Shown here in pieces: positions 10,625-20,203 of a stretch of 45,564 nt of DNA. This DNA is from Candidatus Zhuqueibacterota bacterium (lineage in GTDB: Bacteria; BS750m-G25). The stretch's first letter is position 1. The number at the start of each line of letters is the position of its first letter. The stretch covers positions 1 through 45,564 of the forward strand of contig JADHWK010000016.1 in the NCBI GenBank assembly GCA_016783505.1, in the 5' to 3' direction. The position numbers and the translations under genes were made by a program. Under the pieces are notes generated by a model. The model had not been told where the DNA came from. It did no database searches and worked only from the letters and a program-made list of their open reading frames with translations.

Positions 10625-11068
10625 ATGGCAAAAATCTATAACAAAATTCACATATGGGCACCAACAATTTTATCCTTGGTAACGATAATAGGATTGATAT
10701 TAGGAGTATTCCGTAGAATTCATCAATTTCTGACAAATTTCTTGTATCTAAGTTCAACAAAAACATTAATAATTGAAATAATTTTTTACTCGATATTAAT
10801 AGCGGTAGTACTATACCTGGCATGTTTCCATTCATTTTTTAGAAAGGTTAGATTTATTAAAAATATTACTAATGATGAGAAACAATTGTTACAAAAATAT
10901 ATTGATAAGTCAATTAGCACTATGAGTGTTGGTCCTTTACATAAAGATTTTGCAATAAGATTAGAGAAAAATGGAATTTTATATTATTCAAAAGAAACCA
11001 ACACTTTTAATATCGACAAGCGTATTTTTAAATATTTGCGTAAAGGGAAATACTTACTGAAAATATAA
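10625..11068 (+). CDS. membrane protein, superinfection-exclusion B (SieB)-like
   Basis: Two TM helices then IKNITNDEKQLL..LEKNGILY..FNIDKRIFKYL; directly followed by attC. Confidence 0.5.
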   Translation: MAKIYNKIHIWAPTILSLVTIIGLILGVFRRIHQFLTNFLYLSSTKTLIIEIIFYSILIAVVLYLACFHSFFRKVRFIKNITNDEKQLLQKYIDKSISTMSVGPLHKDFAIRLEKNGILYYSKETNTFNIDKRIFKYLRKGKYLLKI

Positions 11069-11080
11069 AATTATTCCTTT

Positions 11081-11215
11081 GCTTAACAACCGCCTGAAGT
11101 CCAACGGCGAGTAGCATCGGCGAAATTTTTAGACTGAGGATTTTCAAAAGAAAACGAGAAGTCAAATTTATTGCTTCTCTTACCCTCCCCGCGGCTTAGG
11201 CGGGAGTCGTTAGGA
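11081..11215 (+). mobile_element. integron attC site
   Basis: R'' GCTTAAC; left arm CCGCCT(G)AAG(T)CC pairs with GGCTTAGGCGG leaving two extrahelical bases; R' GTTAGGA. Confidence 0.85.
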
Positions 11216-11263
11216 GGATTCCTTATTGCAATGCAACTTTGAATAAAACAAGGATAGAAACCA

Positions 11264-11740
11264 ATGACCCGTCCTTCCTGGGATGAATATTTCATGGACA
11301 TCGCCCGGCAGGCGGCGGCCCGCTCCACCTGCGACCGCAATTGGGTGGGAGCCATCATCGTCAAGGACCGGATGATTCTGTCCACCGGCTACAACGGCAG
11401 CATCCGGGGGCTTCCCCACTGCGATGAGGTCGGTCATATTATGGAAGGGGATCACTGCGTGGCCACCGTGCATGCCGAGGCCAACGCTATCATCCAGGCA
11501 GCCCGGCACGGGGTGAGCATTGACGGAGCCTCTATCTACACCACCGCCAGCCCCTGCTGGAACTGCTTTAAGCTCATCGCAAATTCAGGGATAAAAAAGA
11601 TCTACTTCGGGGAATTTTACCGGGACGAACGTATTCTCACCTTTGCCCAGAAGGCGGGGATTGAGCTGATTGATATGAGTTCCCAGAAAGCGGGTGATAA
11701 GGGCAGAGGGGCTAGGGAGCAGAGGAGCAAGGGGGAGTAG
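11264..11740 (+). CDS. dCMP deaminase (ComEB family)
   Basis: RPSWDEYFM, TGYNG, HAEANAI, PCWNC. Confidence 0.95.
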   Translation: MTRPSWDEYFMDIARQAAARSTCDRNWVGAIIVKDRMILSTGYNGSIRGLPHCDEVGHIMEGDHCVATVHAEANAIIQAARHGVSIDGASIYTTASPCWNCFKLIANSGIKKIYFGEFYRDERILTFAQKAGIELIDMSSQKAGDKGRGAREQRSKGE

Positions 11741-11844
11741 GGGATGATTGTGGAACAGAACACGTTGAAAAACCCAAAGCACGAAATTCGAAATGCAGAA
11801 TGCGGACTGCGGAATGCGGAATAAAAAACCTGAAATCCGAAATA

Positions 11845-13317
11845 ATGATTACCACTAAAACCCAGGAAGAAAAGGTCTTTCGTTATATCCGACAGGGATG
11901 GGATAACCCTGTCATTTTCTCTAAATTTATTTTGTTGGCCTTTTTAATTGTTCTTTTCCGTGGATATTTAGCCAACGCCCAGCAGCTCGTTCAGACCTTC
12001 CGGGGGCATGAAAGTTATATCACCAGCCTGGCCTTCTCCCCAGACGGCAAGTTCTTAGCATCGGGAAGCCGGGATGGGACGGTCAAAATCTGGGATCTCA
12101 AGGCCGGGCATATAGGACAAGAATTTAACGCTAGGGAATGGGTTTATCAGATAGCCTTCTCTCCCGAAGGCCGGTTGCTGGCGGCTTCGGGACAGACGGA
12201 AAGGGTCCGTTTGTGGGACCTTAAACGGAAGAAGTTAGTTCAACTATTCCGGGGATACGGACCCATCGCCTTTTCCCCCGACGGAAAGCTGCTGGCAGCC
12301 GGGGGGGAAAACCGAATCAAGATCTTTGACCTGGACCGAGGTAAGAGGGTCAAAACCCTGTCCGGCACCTACCGTCCCATCTACACCCTGGCCTTTTCCC
12401 CTGATGGGAATCTGTTGGCCTCGGGTGGTGGGGATAAATTCCTGCGGATCTGGGACGCCAGGCGGGGCAGGCTGTTAAGGACATTGTCCGGCCATAAGGG
12501 GGACATCCGGGATCTCGTCTTTTCCCCCGATGGGAAGGTGATATATACCGCCGACGACCAGAAGTCCATCCGGTTTTGGGATATAAAGGAGGGGGAACAG
12601 ATCGGTGAGATCCGGACCTCTCCACCCTTGGCTATCTCCCCCGGGGGGAAGCTTTTAGTCACCGGGTCCGACCGGAGTGAAATTCTCTTCTGGGACCTGG
12701 TGAGCATGACTCGGGTGAGAACCATTCCCGACCAGTGGGGGGTTTTCGACCTGGCCATCTCCCCAAATGGAAGGTATCTTGCCTCGGGGAACATGGACAA
12801 TGAGGTGCTACTATGGGATGTGGATGGGGTATTGGCCCTGTTGGAGGTGGTCATTACCAGCCAGTATTTTAAGTGCGAATATTCCTATTCGGAGAATAGG
12901 TCCCAGGAGGTGGACTATCGGCTTGTCTTAGGGATGATGAAGACCACGGTTAAGGAATATTTTACTGAAAGCTATTTCAATCATTTCTTTGAAGGTTTTG
13001 TCAAGAACGGGGGACTTTCCCCCCACAGCGTGCGGGTGGTAGTGAAAAAGAAGGGGGAGAGGAGGTGGGTAAACGCCCAGGACGATATTGAAAAATGCAG
13101 CCAGATCATCCGGGATATTCCCCCGGGGGAATCCGTCTTCTTCCGCATTCTTTTTGAAGGGGCGACCGATAGGGTGTATGACCTGACCAAGATAAAATTG
13201 GTCAACCGGCAGGCCATCGGTATCGAGAAATTTCTAAAGGACTCCTACCACCGGGAAACCCACGGTCAATACGAAGACCGGGAGCAGTGGAGGGTGGTGG
13301 TGGATACCGTAGAATAA
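11845..13317 (+). CDS. WD40-repeat secreted/membrane protein
   Basis: About 7 repeats of the GH..AFSPDG..ASG..WD type after a hydrophobic segment; start uncertain. Confidence 0.9.
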   Translation: MITTKTQEEKVFRYIRQGWDNPVIFSKFILLAFLIVLFRGYLANAQQLVQTFRGHESYITSLAFSPDGKFLASGSRDGTVKIWDLKAGHIGQEFNAREWVYQIAFSPEGRLLAASGQTERVRLWDLKRKKLVQLFRGYGPIAFSPDGKLLAAGGENRIKIFDLDRGKRVKTLSGTYRPIYTLAFSPDGNLLASGGGDKFLRIWDARRGRLLRTLSGHKGDIRDLVFSPDGKVIYTADDQKSIRFWDIKEGEQIGEIRTSPPLAISPGGKLLVTGSDRSEILFWDLVSMTRVRTIPDQWGVFDLAISPNGRYLASGNMDNEVLLWDVDGVLALLEVVITSQYFKCEYSYSENRSQEVDYRLVLGMMKTTVKEYFTESYFNHFFEGFVKNGGLSPHSVRVVVKKKGERRWVNAQDDIEKCSQIIRDIPPGESVFFRILFEGATDRVYDLTKIKLVNRQAIGIEKFLKDSYHRETHGQYEDREQWRVVVDTVE

Positions 13318-13382
13318 GAAGAAATACGAAGTACGATCCCGAATACTCGGGACGAAATAAACTCGAATGTCCAAAATACAAA

Positions 13383-13627
13383 TCAGTCGGGCGGGCCTGT
13401 TGCACAACCCAAAAATTGTTGATTTTCCGTCTGAAGATCTCGCCTACCCAGCAAGGGGCAGGACCTATCCCGAAGTATCGGGATAAGGTTGAGCGTAGCC
13501 TCCTACGGACTGGCTAAATCTTTCTTTAATAAATAATTAACCAGAACCGCTCTTTAGAGCGGTTCTAAGCATAACTCCTAAATTATCAATTGCGATAGTT
13601 TTGCCACAGGCCCGGGCGCCTGACTGA
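13383..13627. mobile_element. MITE/REPIN-like composite element copy 1
   Basis: Imperfect terminal IR TCAGTCGGGCGGGCCTGTTGCACAAC / GTTTTGCCACAGGCCCGGGCGCCTGACTGA; interior shared with 35107-35354. Confidence 0.75.
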
Positions 13628-13774
13628 TGACCAAAATAGATGTCTTCGTGAATCCGTATCCTCATGAGTTTAGTTATGAAATACGATTGTTAATACTAAG
13701 ACCCATGCTGATGAATAATATGTTAGGTTGAGCAAATATGTCCAAAACCGTTTAATAATCAGAGGAAATGATAC

Positions 13775-14086
13775 ATGAGCGATGTTTTGGTACGAATAAA
13801 GCGAGCTGTTCTCACGGGACGATACGCATTCAGTTAAAAGGCGCGGATAGAAATGGAGATTGATGGTATTACGGAACTGGACGTGGCTGAATCCATTCTG
13901 AATGCTGTGGCAATTTACAAGACACTTCGTTCGCAGAGTCCATATAGGAGAATTGGGAGAGAGTACTTGTATGTGATTCAAAGCACAAACATGGACGGTC
14001 TACCGATTTACTAAAAGGGCAAACTAGTCAAGGAAGCGGGACAAGAAACTTATTATTTCTTAATTTCCTCAAAGAAAGTATTATAA
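13775..14086 (+). pseudogene. DUF4258-like toxin pseudogene
   Basis: MSDVLVRIKRAVLTGRYAFS*KARIEMEIDGITELDVAESILN..; in-frame TAA at 13835 and 14012; sits upstream of a YgiT-type gene. Confidence 0.65.
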
Positions 14087-14097
14087 AGGGTAGGATT

Positions 14098-14334
14098 ATG
14101 GAGAGAACATTAGTGATCAAGGTTTGTTCAACTTGTGGATGTGAAAAAATTAAGAAGGTGCGAAGGAACCGGTTGGGCAAATTCCAAGGACAATCATATT
14201 CTGTCCCGTCGCTAGAATACCATGAATGCCCCGAGTGCGGCGAAAAAGTTTATGGCAGGGAAGCTATGCGTAGGATAGAGGAAGAATCCCCAGCATTTAG
14301 CAGAAGTCGAAAGCAGAAACATGCCGTTGCTTAA
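14098..14334 (+). CDS. YgiT/MqsA-type zinc-finger antitoxin-like protein
   Basis: CSTCG..VPSLEYHECPECGEKVY. Confidence 0.8.
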   Translation: MERTLVIKVCSTCGCEKIKKVRRNRLGKFQGQSYSVPSLEYHECPECGEKVYGREAMRRIEEESPAFSRSRKQKHAVA

Positions 14335-14525
14335 CCGATGTACCAAGTTATGATGACTAAGGGAAGTGCCCTTAATTGTCACCGGAGCTGGCGGGTTAAC
14401 TGGTCACGAAAGCTGGCCGCAGTTCATTGTTAATGCATTCATTTTAAGAATTCTCTGGAGCGTAGCCCCCTACGGGAAGGAAAGTGATATGTTTTCATTT
14501 CAAAATCACCGCTCAAAAATAAATT

Positions 14526-15848
14526 ATGGCCAGAAGAACTTTTAAAGGGGGGGTGCATCCCCCTACCCATAAAGAGCTTACTGAAGAAAAACCGATTGAA
14601 TCTTTGCCCATGCCCGAGCGGGTAATTGTGCCCTTAAAACAGCACCTGGGTGCCCCGGCTGAGCCCATCGTAGAGCGGGGGGCAAAGGTTAATGAAGGGG
14701 ATAAGATCGCCGAGGCCAAGGGATTCGTTTCCGTTCCCGCCCACTCCCCTATTTCGGGAAAGGTCGTCTCCGTAGAGCCTGTGCCCCATCCCTTCGGGGG
14801 GGAGGAGTTGGCGGTGATCATCCAGGCGGATGGGGAAGGTGCCCTAAATGAAGAAATCCAGTTTGACGATGATTATTTAGATCTTAGCCCTGATGAGATG
14901 AAGGATCGGGTGCGGGAGGCCGGATTGGCGGGAATGGGGGGAGCGGCCTTTCCCACCCACGTGAAGCTCTCCCCACCCGAGGATAAGCCCATTGACACCC
15001 TGATCATCAACGGGGCCGAGTGCGAGCCCTATCTTACCGCCGATCACCGTTTGATGGTGGAACAAGGTGAGGACATTATAAAGGGGTTGCGGATTTTCCA
15101 GAAGATCTTGGGTGGCCCCAGGGCGATAGTGGCCATCGAGGGGAACAAGCCGGATGCCATAGAGGCTATGAAAGGGTGGGTTCTTGAAGATGGGGACATT
15201 GCTGTAGTTTCCTTGAAGGTCAAATATCCCCAGGGGTCGGAGAAGCAGTTGATCAAGGCGCTGACCGGCCGCGAGGTGCCCAGCGGGGGACTGCCCATGG
15301 ATGTGGGGTGTCTGGTGCAGAATGTGGGCACTGCCAAGGCGGTGTACGATGCCGTCGCCTTCCGCAAGCCCCTCACCGAAAGGGTGGTGACGGTAACCGG
15401 CCGCGGGGTGGCCGAGTCCAAGAATGTGCGGGCTAAAATTGGGACCCCCTTTAAGGAGCTCATTGACTATTGTGGGGGCTATCGGGAAAACGGCCCCCTG
15501 AAGGTGATTATGGGGGGCCCCCTTATGGGGCTGGCCCAGGCCGACGACGGGGTTCCAGTGATCAAGGGTACTTCGGGCATCCTGGTGCTCCCGGAAAAGG
15601 ACTCCAGGCTGGGAACACCCAGGCCCTGCATCTCCTGCTCCCGGTGTGTGGATGTGTGCCCTGCGGGCTTGGTCCCCAGTTTCCTGGGTTCCTACGTTGA
15701 ATACGAGCAATGGGAAACGGCGGAGGGGATCGGGATAATGGACTGCATCGAATGCGGGTGCTGCACCTACGTCTGTCCCACCAAAAGAAATCTGGTTCAC
15801 CTCATAAAGTATGGGAAACAGATTGTCTTATCAAGTAGGGCCAATTAA
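14526..15848 (+). CDS. rnfC: Rnf complex subunit C
   Basis: GGVHPP, GMGGAAFPTHVK, NGAECEPYLTAD, KYPQGSEKQL, two CxxCxxCxxxCP. Confidence 0.97.
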   Translation: MARRTFKGGVHPPTHKELTEEKPIESLPMPERVIVPLKQHLGAPAEPIVERGAKVNEGDKIAEAKGFVSVPAHSPISGKVVSVEPVPHPFGGEELAVIIQADGEGALNEEIQFDDDYLDLSPDEMKDRVREAGLAGMGGAAFPTHVKLSPPEDKPIDTLIINGAECEPYLTADHRLMVEQGEDIIKGLRIFQKILGGPRAIVAIEGNKPDAIEAMKGWVLEDGDIAVVSLKVKYPQGSEKQLIKALTGREVPSGGLPMDVGCLVQNVGTAKAVYDAVAFRKPLTERVVTVTGRGVAESKNVRAKIGTPFKELIDYCGGYRENGPLKVIMGGPLMGLAQADDGVPVIKGTSGILVLPEKDSRLGTPRPCISCSRCVDVCPAGLVPSFLGSYVEYEQWETAEGIGIMDCIECGCCTYVCPTKRNLVHLIKYGKQIVLSSRAN

Positions 15849-16175
15849 AGAACTTAGCCCCTTCGGGGCAACCGAAATAATGGAATGATGGAATTATGGG
15901 GAAATAAATATATCAGGTAATCAGGATACCAGTGGGAAGGAAATCAGTAGATCAGAACATTCGGAACGATCTTGGGACAGGATAAAACCTGATATTCTGA
16001 TTTACTTTAACTTAGACCTTTCTTAGAAATTCCGATACTTTTAATTAGTGGCTTTGATAAACCCGCTTCTATGGTTTCATCTGGAAAAATGGCCTGCAAA
16101 AGGGGGGGAATCTTCTTTTTAGAAATATTCTTTCCACCGATTTTTTTTACTTAGTAACGGTATTAGAGTCTGGTG

Positions 16176-17210
16176 ATGGAAAAAACGGGATTTCTGTCTG
16201 TTTCTCCCCACATTCGGGATGATGTATCAATCCCGAAGATCATGTATTCGGTGGTACTGTCCCTGCTGCCCGCCCTGGCAGGGGCGGTCTATTTTTTCGG
16301 CTTGCGCTCTTTATGGTTGACGCTGGTCAGTGTGGCGACAGCAGTGGTGGTAGAAACCCTGCTCCAGAAATTGATGGGGCGGGAGATCACCGCCCTGGAC
16401 GGCAGTGCCATCGTCACCGGAATTCTGTTGGCTTTTAACCTTCCCCCCGGGGTGCCCTTCTGGATGCCTGCCGTGGGGTCCTTTTTCGCCATCGCCATTG
16501 CCAAAATTCCTTTCGGGGGATTGGGGTATAATCCTTTAAATCCGGCTCTGGCGGGCCGGGCCTTTTTATTGGCATCTTGGCCGGTGGAGATGACCACCCG
16601 ATGGATCGCTCCAAGGGGTGGCATAACCGCCGTCACCGGCATTGACGCCTTCACCGGAGCCACCCCCCTGGGCGTTCTTAAAGAATCCCATAAAATCCTG
16701 GCCGACCAGGCGGCCTATTCCATCGAAAAGGTGATTCAGGCCCGGGATGCGTTGGATCAACTCTCTTTTTCCTATGGGGACCTGTTCTGGGGTCGGGTGG
16801 GGGGATGTCTGGGGGAGACCTCCGTCCTCCTGCTTTTGATTGGGGCGGTTTTTCTGATGTATAAACGGTATGTCGGCTGGAAGATCCCGTTCAGCTTTCT
16901 GGGGATGGTGATGGTTCTCTCCTGGATATTTGGGGGGGACAAGGGGGGGTTCAGCGGCGATCCCATCTTTCATCTTCTTTCCGGCGGGTTGATCTTAGGG
17001 GCGTTCTTCATGGCTACTGATATGGTGACCACGCCGGTGACCTTTAAAGGTCGGCTGATCTTCGGCACCGGCTGCGGGGTGCTGACGGTGGCCATTCGTC
17101 TCTTAGGGGGTTACCCCGAAGGGGTCTCCTACTCAATTTTGTTGATGAACTTGACAACACCCCTGATTGACCGCTATACGATGCCGAGAATATTTGGGAC
17201 TAAAAAATAA
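16176..17210 (+). CDS. rnfD: Rnf complex subunit D
   Basis: SPHIR, FGGLGYNPLNPALAGRAFL, FMN site TGATPL, GCLGETS, FMATD. Confidence 0.96.
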   Translation: MEKTGFLSVSPHIRDDVSIPKIMYSVVLSLLPALAGAVYFFGLRSLWLTLVSVATAVVVETLLQKLMGREITALDGSAIVTGILLAFNLPPGVPFWMPAVGSFFAIAIAKIPFGGLGYNPLNPALAGRAFLLASWPVEMTTRWIAPRGGITAVTGIDAFTGATPLGVLKESHKILADQAAYSIEKVIQARDALDQLSFSYGDLFWGRVGGCLGETSVLLLLIGAVFLMYKRYVGWKIPFSFLGMVMVLSWIFGGDKGGFSGDPIFHLLSGGLILGAFFMATDMVTTPVTFKGRLIFGTGCGVLTVAIRLLGGYPEGVSYSILLMNLTTPLIDRYTMPRIFGTKK

Positions 17211-17335
17211 CCTAACATTTCAGCCACGAAGGCACCAAGACACAGGGGTAAATAAGAGACTTGAATAAGGTTGAACACTAAAAGGTTGTGGCTGATCGCT
17301 GATAGCTGAACGCTTCTTCCCAATGAGGAGGGAAT

Positions 17336-17497
17336 ATGAAGGTTACAATCGAAATCCGGGATGATCTATACAGGAAGTTAAAAACAATTACAGAGATGGA
17401 TGATTGCTCAATTGACGAAGAAATTGAGATGGCAGTGCTGGTTATGGCTAAGAAGCGCACCTTGATCCAACGACTGATGGAGGAGACAGGGGGCTGA
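17336..17497 (+). CDS. orphan ribbon-helix-helix antitoxin-like protein (53 aa)
   Basis: SD GAGGAGG; MKVTIEIRDDLYRKLKT.. Confidence 0.5.
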   Translation: MKVTIEIRDDLYRKLKTITEMDDCSIDEEIEMAVLVMAKKRTLIQRLMEETGG

Positions 17498-17578
17498 ATT
17501 TGACGAGGCGATGCAAAGGTTAGCTGATTAGGTCCCGATGAAGGAAATTCTGTTTTTAGATGTTGATTAGGCTAAAGA

Positions 17579-18151
17579 ATGAAAAATATTTTAAAACTTG
17601 CCCTTATCCTGATGTTCATCGCCCTCATCGCCGCTGTGGGGTTGGCCCTGGTGAACTTGAAGACGAAACCGATCATCGAAGCCTATAAACGGTGGCAGCA
17701 GGAACAGGCCCGCAGGGAGGTCATACCGGTCGCTGAAGAGGGTGTATTTATATTAAAGGATAACGAGACGGAGTTTCCCTATTATATCGCCTATGTTGAC
17801 CCCGATACCACCAGGCTGGTGGGTTATACCTTTCTGGCTAAAGGAAAGGGCTACAGCAGCACCATTGAGACGGTGGTGGGGGTGGATACCGCTGGGATGG
17901 TGACCGGAATTAAGATCACCTTTCAGCAGGAGACTCCGGGGCTGGGGGCCAGGGCTACCGAGGTCAAATACGGTGATGAAAAACCCTGGTTTCCCCTCCA
18001 GTTCGCCGGGAAGTTGGCCCGCAACTTGGCCGTGGATAAGGACGGGGGCGAAATCCAGTCCATAACCGGAGCTACCATTACCTCCCGGGTAGTCACCAAC
18101 TCCATTAACGAGGGGATGAAGAAGCTTCAAGAAAAACTGAGCTTTAGGTAA
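17579..18151 (+). CDS. rnfG: Rnf complex subunit G
   Basis: N-terminal TM, KGY, ETPGLG, FMN site ITGATITS. Confidence 0.95.
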   Translation: MKNILKLALILMFIALIAAVGLALVNLKTKPIIEAYKRWQQEQARREVIPVAEEGVFILKDNETEFPYYIAYVDPDTTRLVGYTFLAKGKGYSSTIETVVGVDTAGMVTGIKITFQQETPGLGARATEVKYGDEKPWFPLQFAGKLARNLAVDKDGGEIQSITGATITSRVVTNSINEGMKKLQEKLSFR

Positions 18152-18486
18152 TAGTTCACCACGGATAACCACAGAATAACACAGAAAAAGATGAGAAATG
18201 GGCAAATGAAGAACTAGCGAAGTAAATTTCCAAATGGGAATAAGAATATCAGATGATCAGGATACATGCCCGTCCCGAAGGTTCGGGACAGGCGGGTCAG
18301 CGGGAAGAATATCAGTCGTAGACCCGTTTCACCAGGGTGGATCAGAACATCAGGATAAAATCTGATATTCTGATATACCTTTAATTTTGGCTCCGTAAAA
18401 TTTGAGATGTTACCACTAAATTTCAGGGTTGATATCCCGAAACTTCGGGACCGTGGTGAACTGTTACAACTTTAGAAATAGGGATT

Positions 18487-19116
18487 ATGGAACTGAGCAA
18501 GGAATTTTTTAAAGGGCTGTATAAGGAAAACCCCGTCTTTCGATTAGCCCTGGGCCTGTGTCCGGCGTTGGCAGTGTCTAACTCGGTGGAGAATGGGATT
18601 GGTATGGGGGTTGCCGTTACCTTTGTGCTTGTCTGTTCAAATTTTCTTATTTCGTTGATCCGGAAAGGGGTACCCCCCAAGATCCGGATTCCCGTCTTTA
18701 TCGTCATCATCGCCACCTTTGTCACCATCGCTGATCTGGTGATGAACGCCTACCGGCCTGAGCTTCACAAAAATTTGGGCATTTTCGTTCCCCTGATCGT
18801 GGTAAACTGCATCATCCTGGGCCGGGCCGAGGCCTTTGCCTCCAAGCAGGGGGTGGCGGCCTCTTTCGTGGACGGGCTGGGGATGGGTATAGGGTTTACG
18901 CTGGCGCTGGTATTGATCGCCACCGTGCGGGAGATCCTGGGTGCGGGGACTTTTTTAGGCTATCCCCTGCTGGGCCCCGGGTATAAACCGGTGCTGTTGC
19001 TGGTCCTGGCCCCGGGGGCCTTCATCACCATGGGGCTTTTTATGGGGCTGTTCGCCTGGCTGGATCGCCGCCGTAAATTCCGTTATCTTGAGATAGAGAG
19101 GGCCAAATATAAATAA
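18487..19116 (+). CDS. rnfE: Rnf complex subunit E
   Basis: ENPVF..LGLCPALAV, PLIVVNCIILGRAEAFA. Confidence 0.96.
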   Translation: MELSKEFFKGLYKENPVFRLALGLCPALAVSNSVENGIGMGVAVTFVLVCSNFLISLIRKGVPPKIRIPVFIVIIATFVTIADLVMNAYRPELHKNLGIFVPLIVVNCIILGRAEAFASKQGVAASFVDGLGMGIGFTLALVLIATVREILGAGTFLGYPLLGPGYKPVLLLVLAPGAFITMGLFMGLFAWLDRRRKFRYLEIERAKYK

Positions 19117-19280
19117 TTAAACTTTGGCAAATTTAAAATGCTGATTTCTAATCCCGAACCTTCGGGATGGGATTTGGAGCTTGTGATTTATAAAAATTGA
19201 TCATTGCGCTTAGTAAATAATAAAAGGCAGAAAATGATAAAGATGTTGGGCCAGCAGAAGCATAAGAGAAAGAAGGGATT

Positions 19281-19910
19281 ATGGACTTCGGCTACCTGCT
19301 GACGATTGCCATAGGGACGATTTTCATCAATAACTTTGTTCTGGCTCGGTTCTTAGGGCTCTGTCCCTATCTTGGGGTGTCCAGGAAGATGGATTCGGCC
19401 GTCGGGATGGGCCTGGCCGTCATCTTTGTGATGACTATGGCCTCGACGTTTACCTGGCTGGTCTATACCTATCTTCTGTCTCCTGTGACCAACATCTGGG
19501 GAATAGATCTGATCTTCCTGCGCACCATCGCCTTTATTTTGGTCATCGCTTCACTGGTGCAGTTCTGCGAGATCGTCATCCAGAAGGTAAGCCCGCACCT
19601 GTATAAGGCCCTGGGCATCTATCTACCCCTGATTACCACCAACTGCGCTATTTTGGGGGTGGCAGTGCTGAATATTGACGAGTTTTTCCAAAACGGGGGA
19701 CCTATTACGGGAAGTTTCATCTATGCGGTCGTCCAGGGGTTTACGGCCGGGTTGGGGTTTACCTTAGCCCTGGTGCTGATGGCGGGTTTGAGGGAAAAGC
19801 TGGAGATGGCCGGGGTCCCCGAATCCCTGAAAGGGCAGCCTATTGCCTTCATCATGGCCGGGCTGATGGCTATCGCTTTCCTGGGATTTTCCGGGTTCTC
19901 AGTAGGGTAG
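19281..19910 (+). CDS. rnfA: Rnf complex subunit A
   Basis: NNFVLARFLGLCPYLG, LPLITTNCAILG. Confidence 0.96.
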   Translation: MDFGYLLTIAIGTIFINNFVLARFLGLCPYLGVSRKMDSAVGMGLAVIFVMTMASTFTWLVYTYLLSPVTNIWGIDLIFLRTIAFILVIASLVQFCEIVIQKVSPHLYKALGIYLPLITTNCAILGVAVLNIDEFFQNGGPITGSFIYAVVQGFTAGLGFTLALVLMAGLREKLEMAGVPESLKGQPIAFIMAGLMAIAFLGFSGFSVG

Positions 19911-20067
19911 GTGGGGACAATGGAAAATTGGATGGATAAATGGAATATTAAAATATGGGTCAGGCTTTGGTGAAATCAACTTCTATTCGGGGGGATATTC
20001 AGGCGTGAAAAAATGCGCTGTTTTGAAATAGTATCATTTGGTTCTATGAAAATTTTTGAGTGTGTCA

Positions 20068-20131
20068 ACCCCGTTAGATAATCATTTTGCAAGGTTAGGT
20101 ATGTTAGACAGTTGTCAGTATCTAACGGGGT
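20068..20131. repeat. 13-bp perfect inverted repeat
   Basis: ACCCCGTTAGATA (20068-20080) / TATCTAACGGGGT (20119-20131). Confidence 0.7.
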
Positions 20132-20203
20132 CAACCGTGTTGATACATAAAGCGAGATGGTCGCTTTACTCCAAATTATTCCCAAAAGTTTTTATTGACC
20201 GTT

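Noticed and set aside
8536-11068. Prophage
   Set aside because: Only an isolated MuF-like motif and a SieB-like gene; no integrase, structural or replication genes.
11800-11844. Track start of the WD40 gene (MRTAECG..)
   Set aside because: This N-terminus is read from the GAATGCG repeat; a later start is more plausible.
13287-13517. Short ORFs such as 13287-13517 and 40659-40904 sharing PEYSG-like peptides
   Set aside because: They are translations of the palindromic repeats, not credible genes.
13775-14086. Stop-codon recoding (Sec/Pyl or alternative code) in the DUF4258-like gene
   Set aside because: Both internal stops are TAA, and TAA/TAG/TGA all terminate normal genes in this window.
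14329-14440. attC after the YgiT-type gene
   Set aside because: GCTTAAC is present but I could not find pairing inner arms, and it does not match the upstream GTTAGGT core well.
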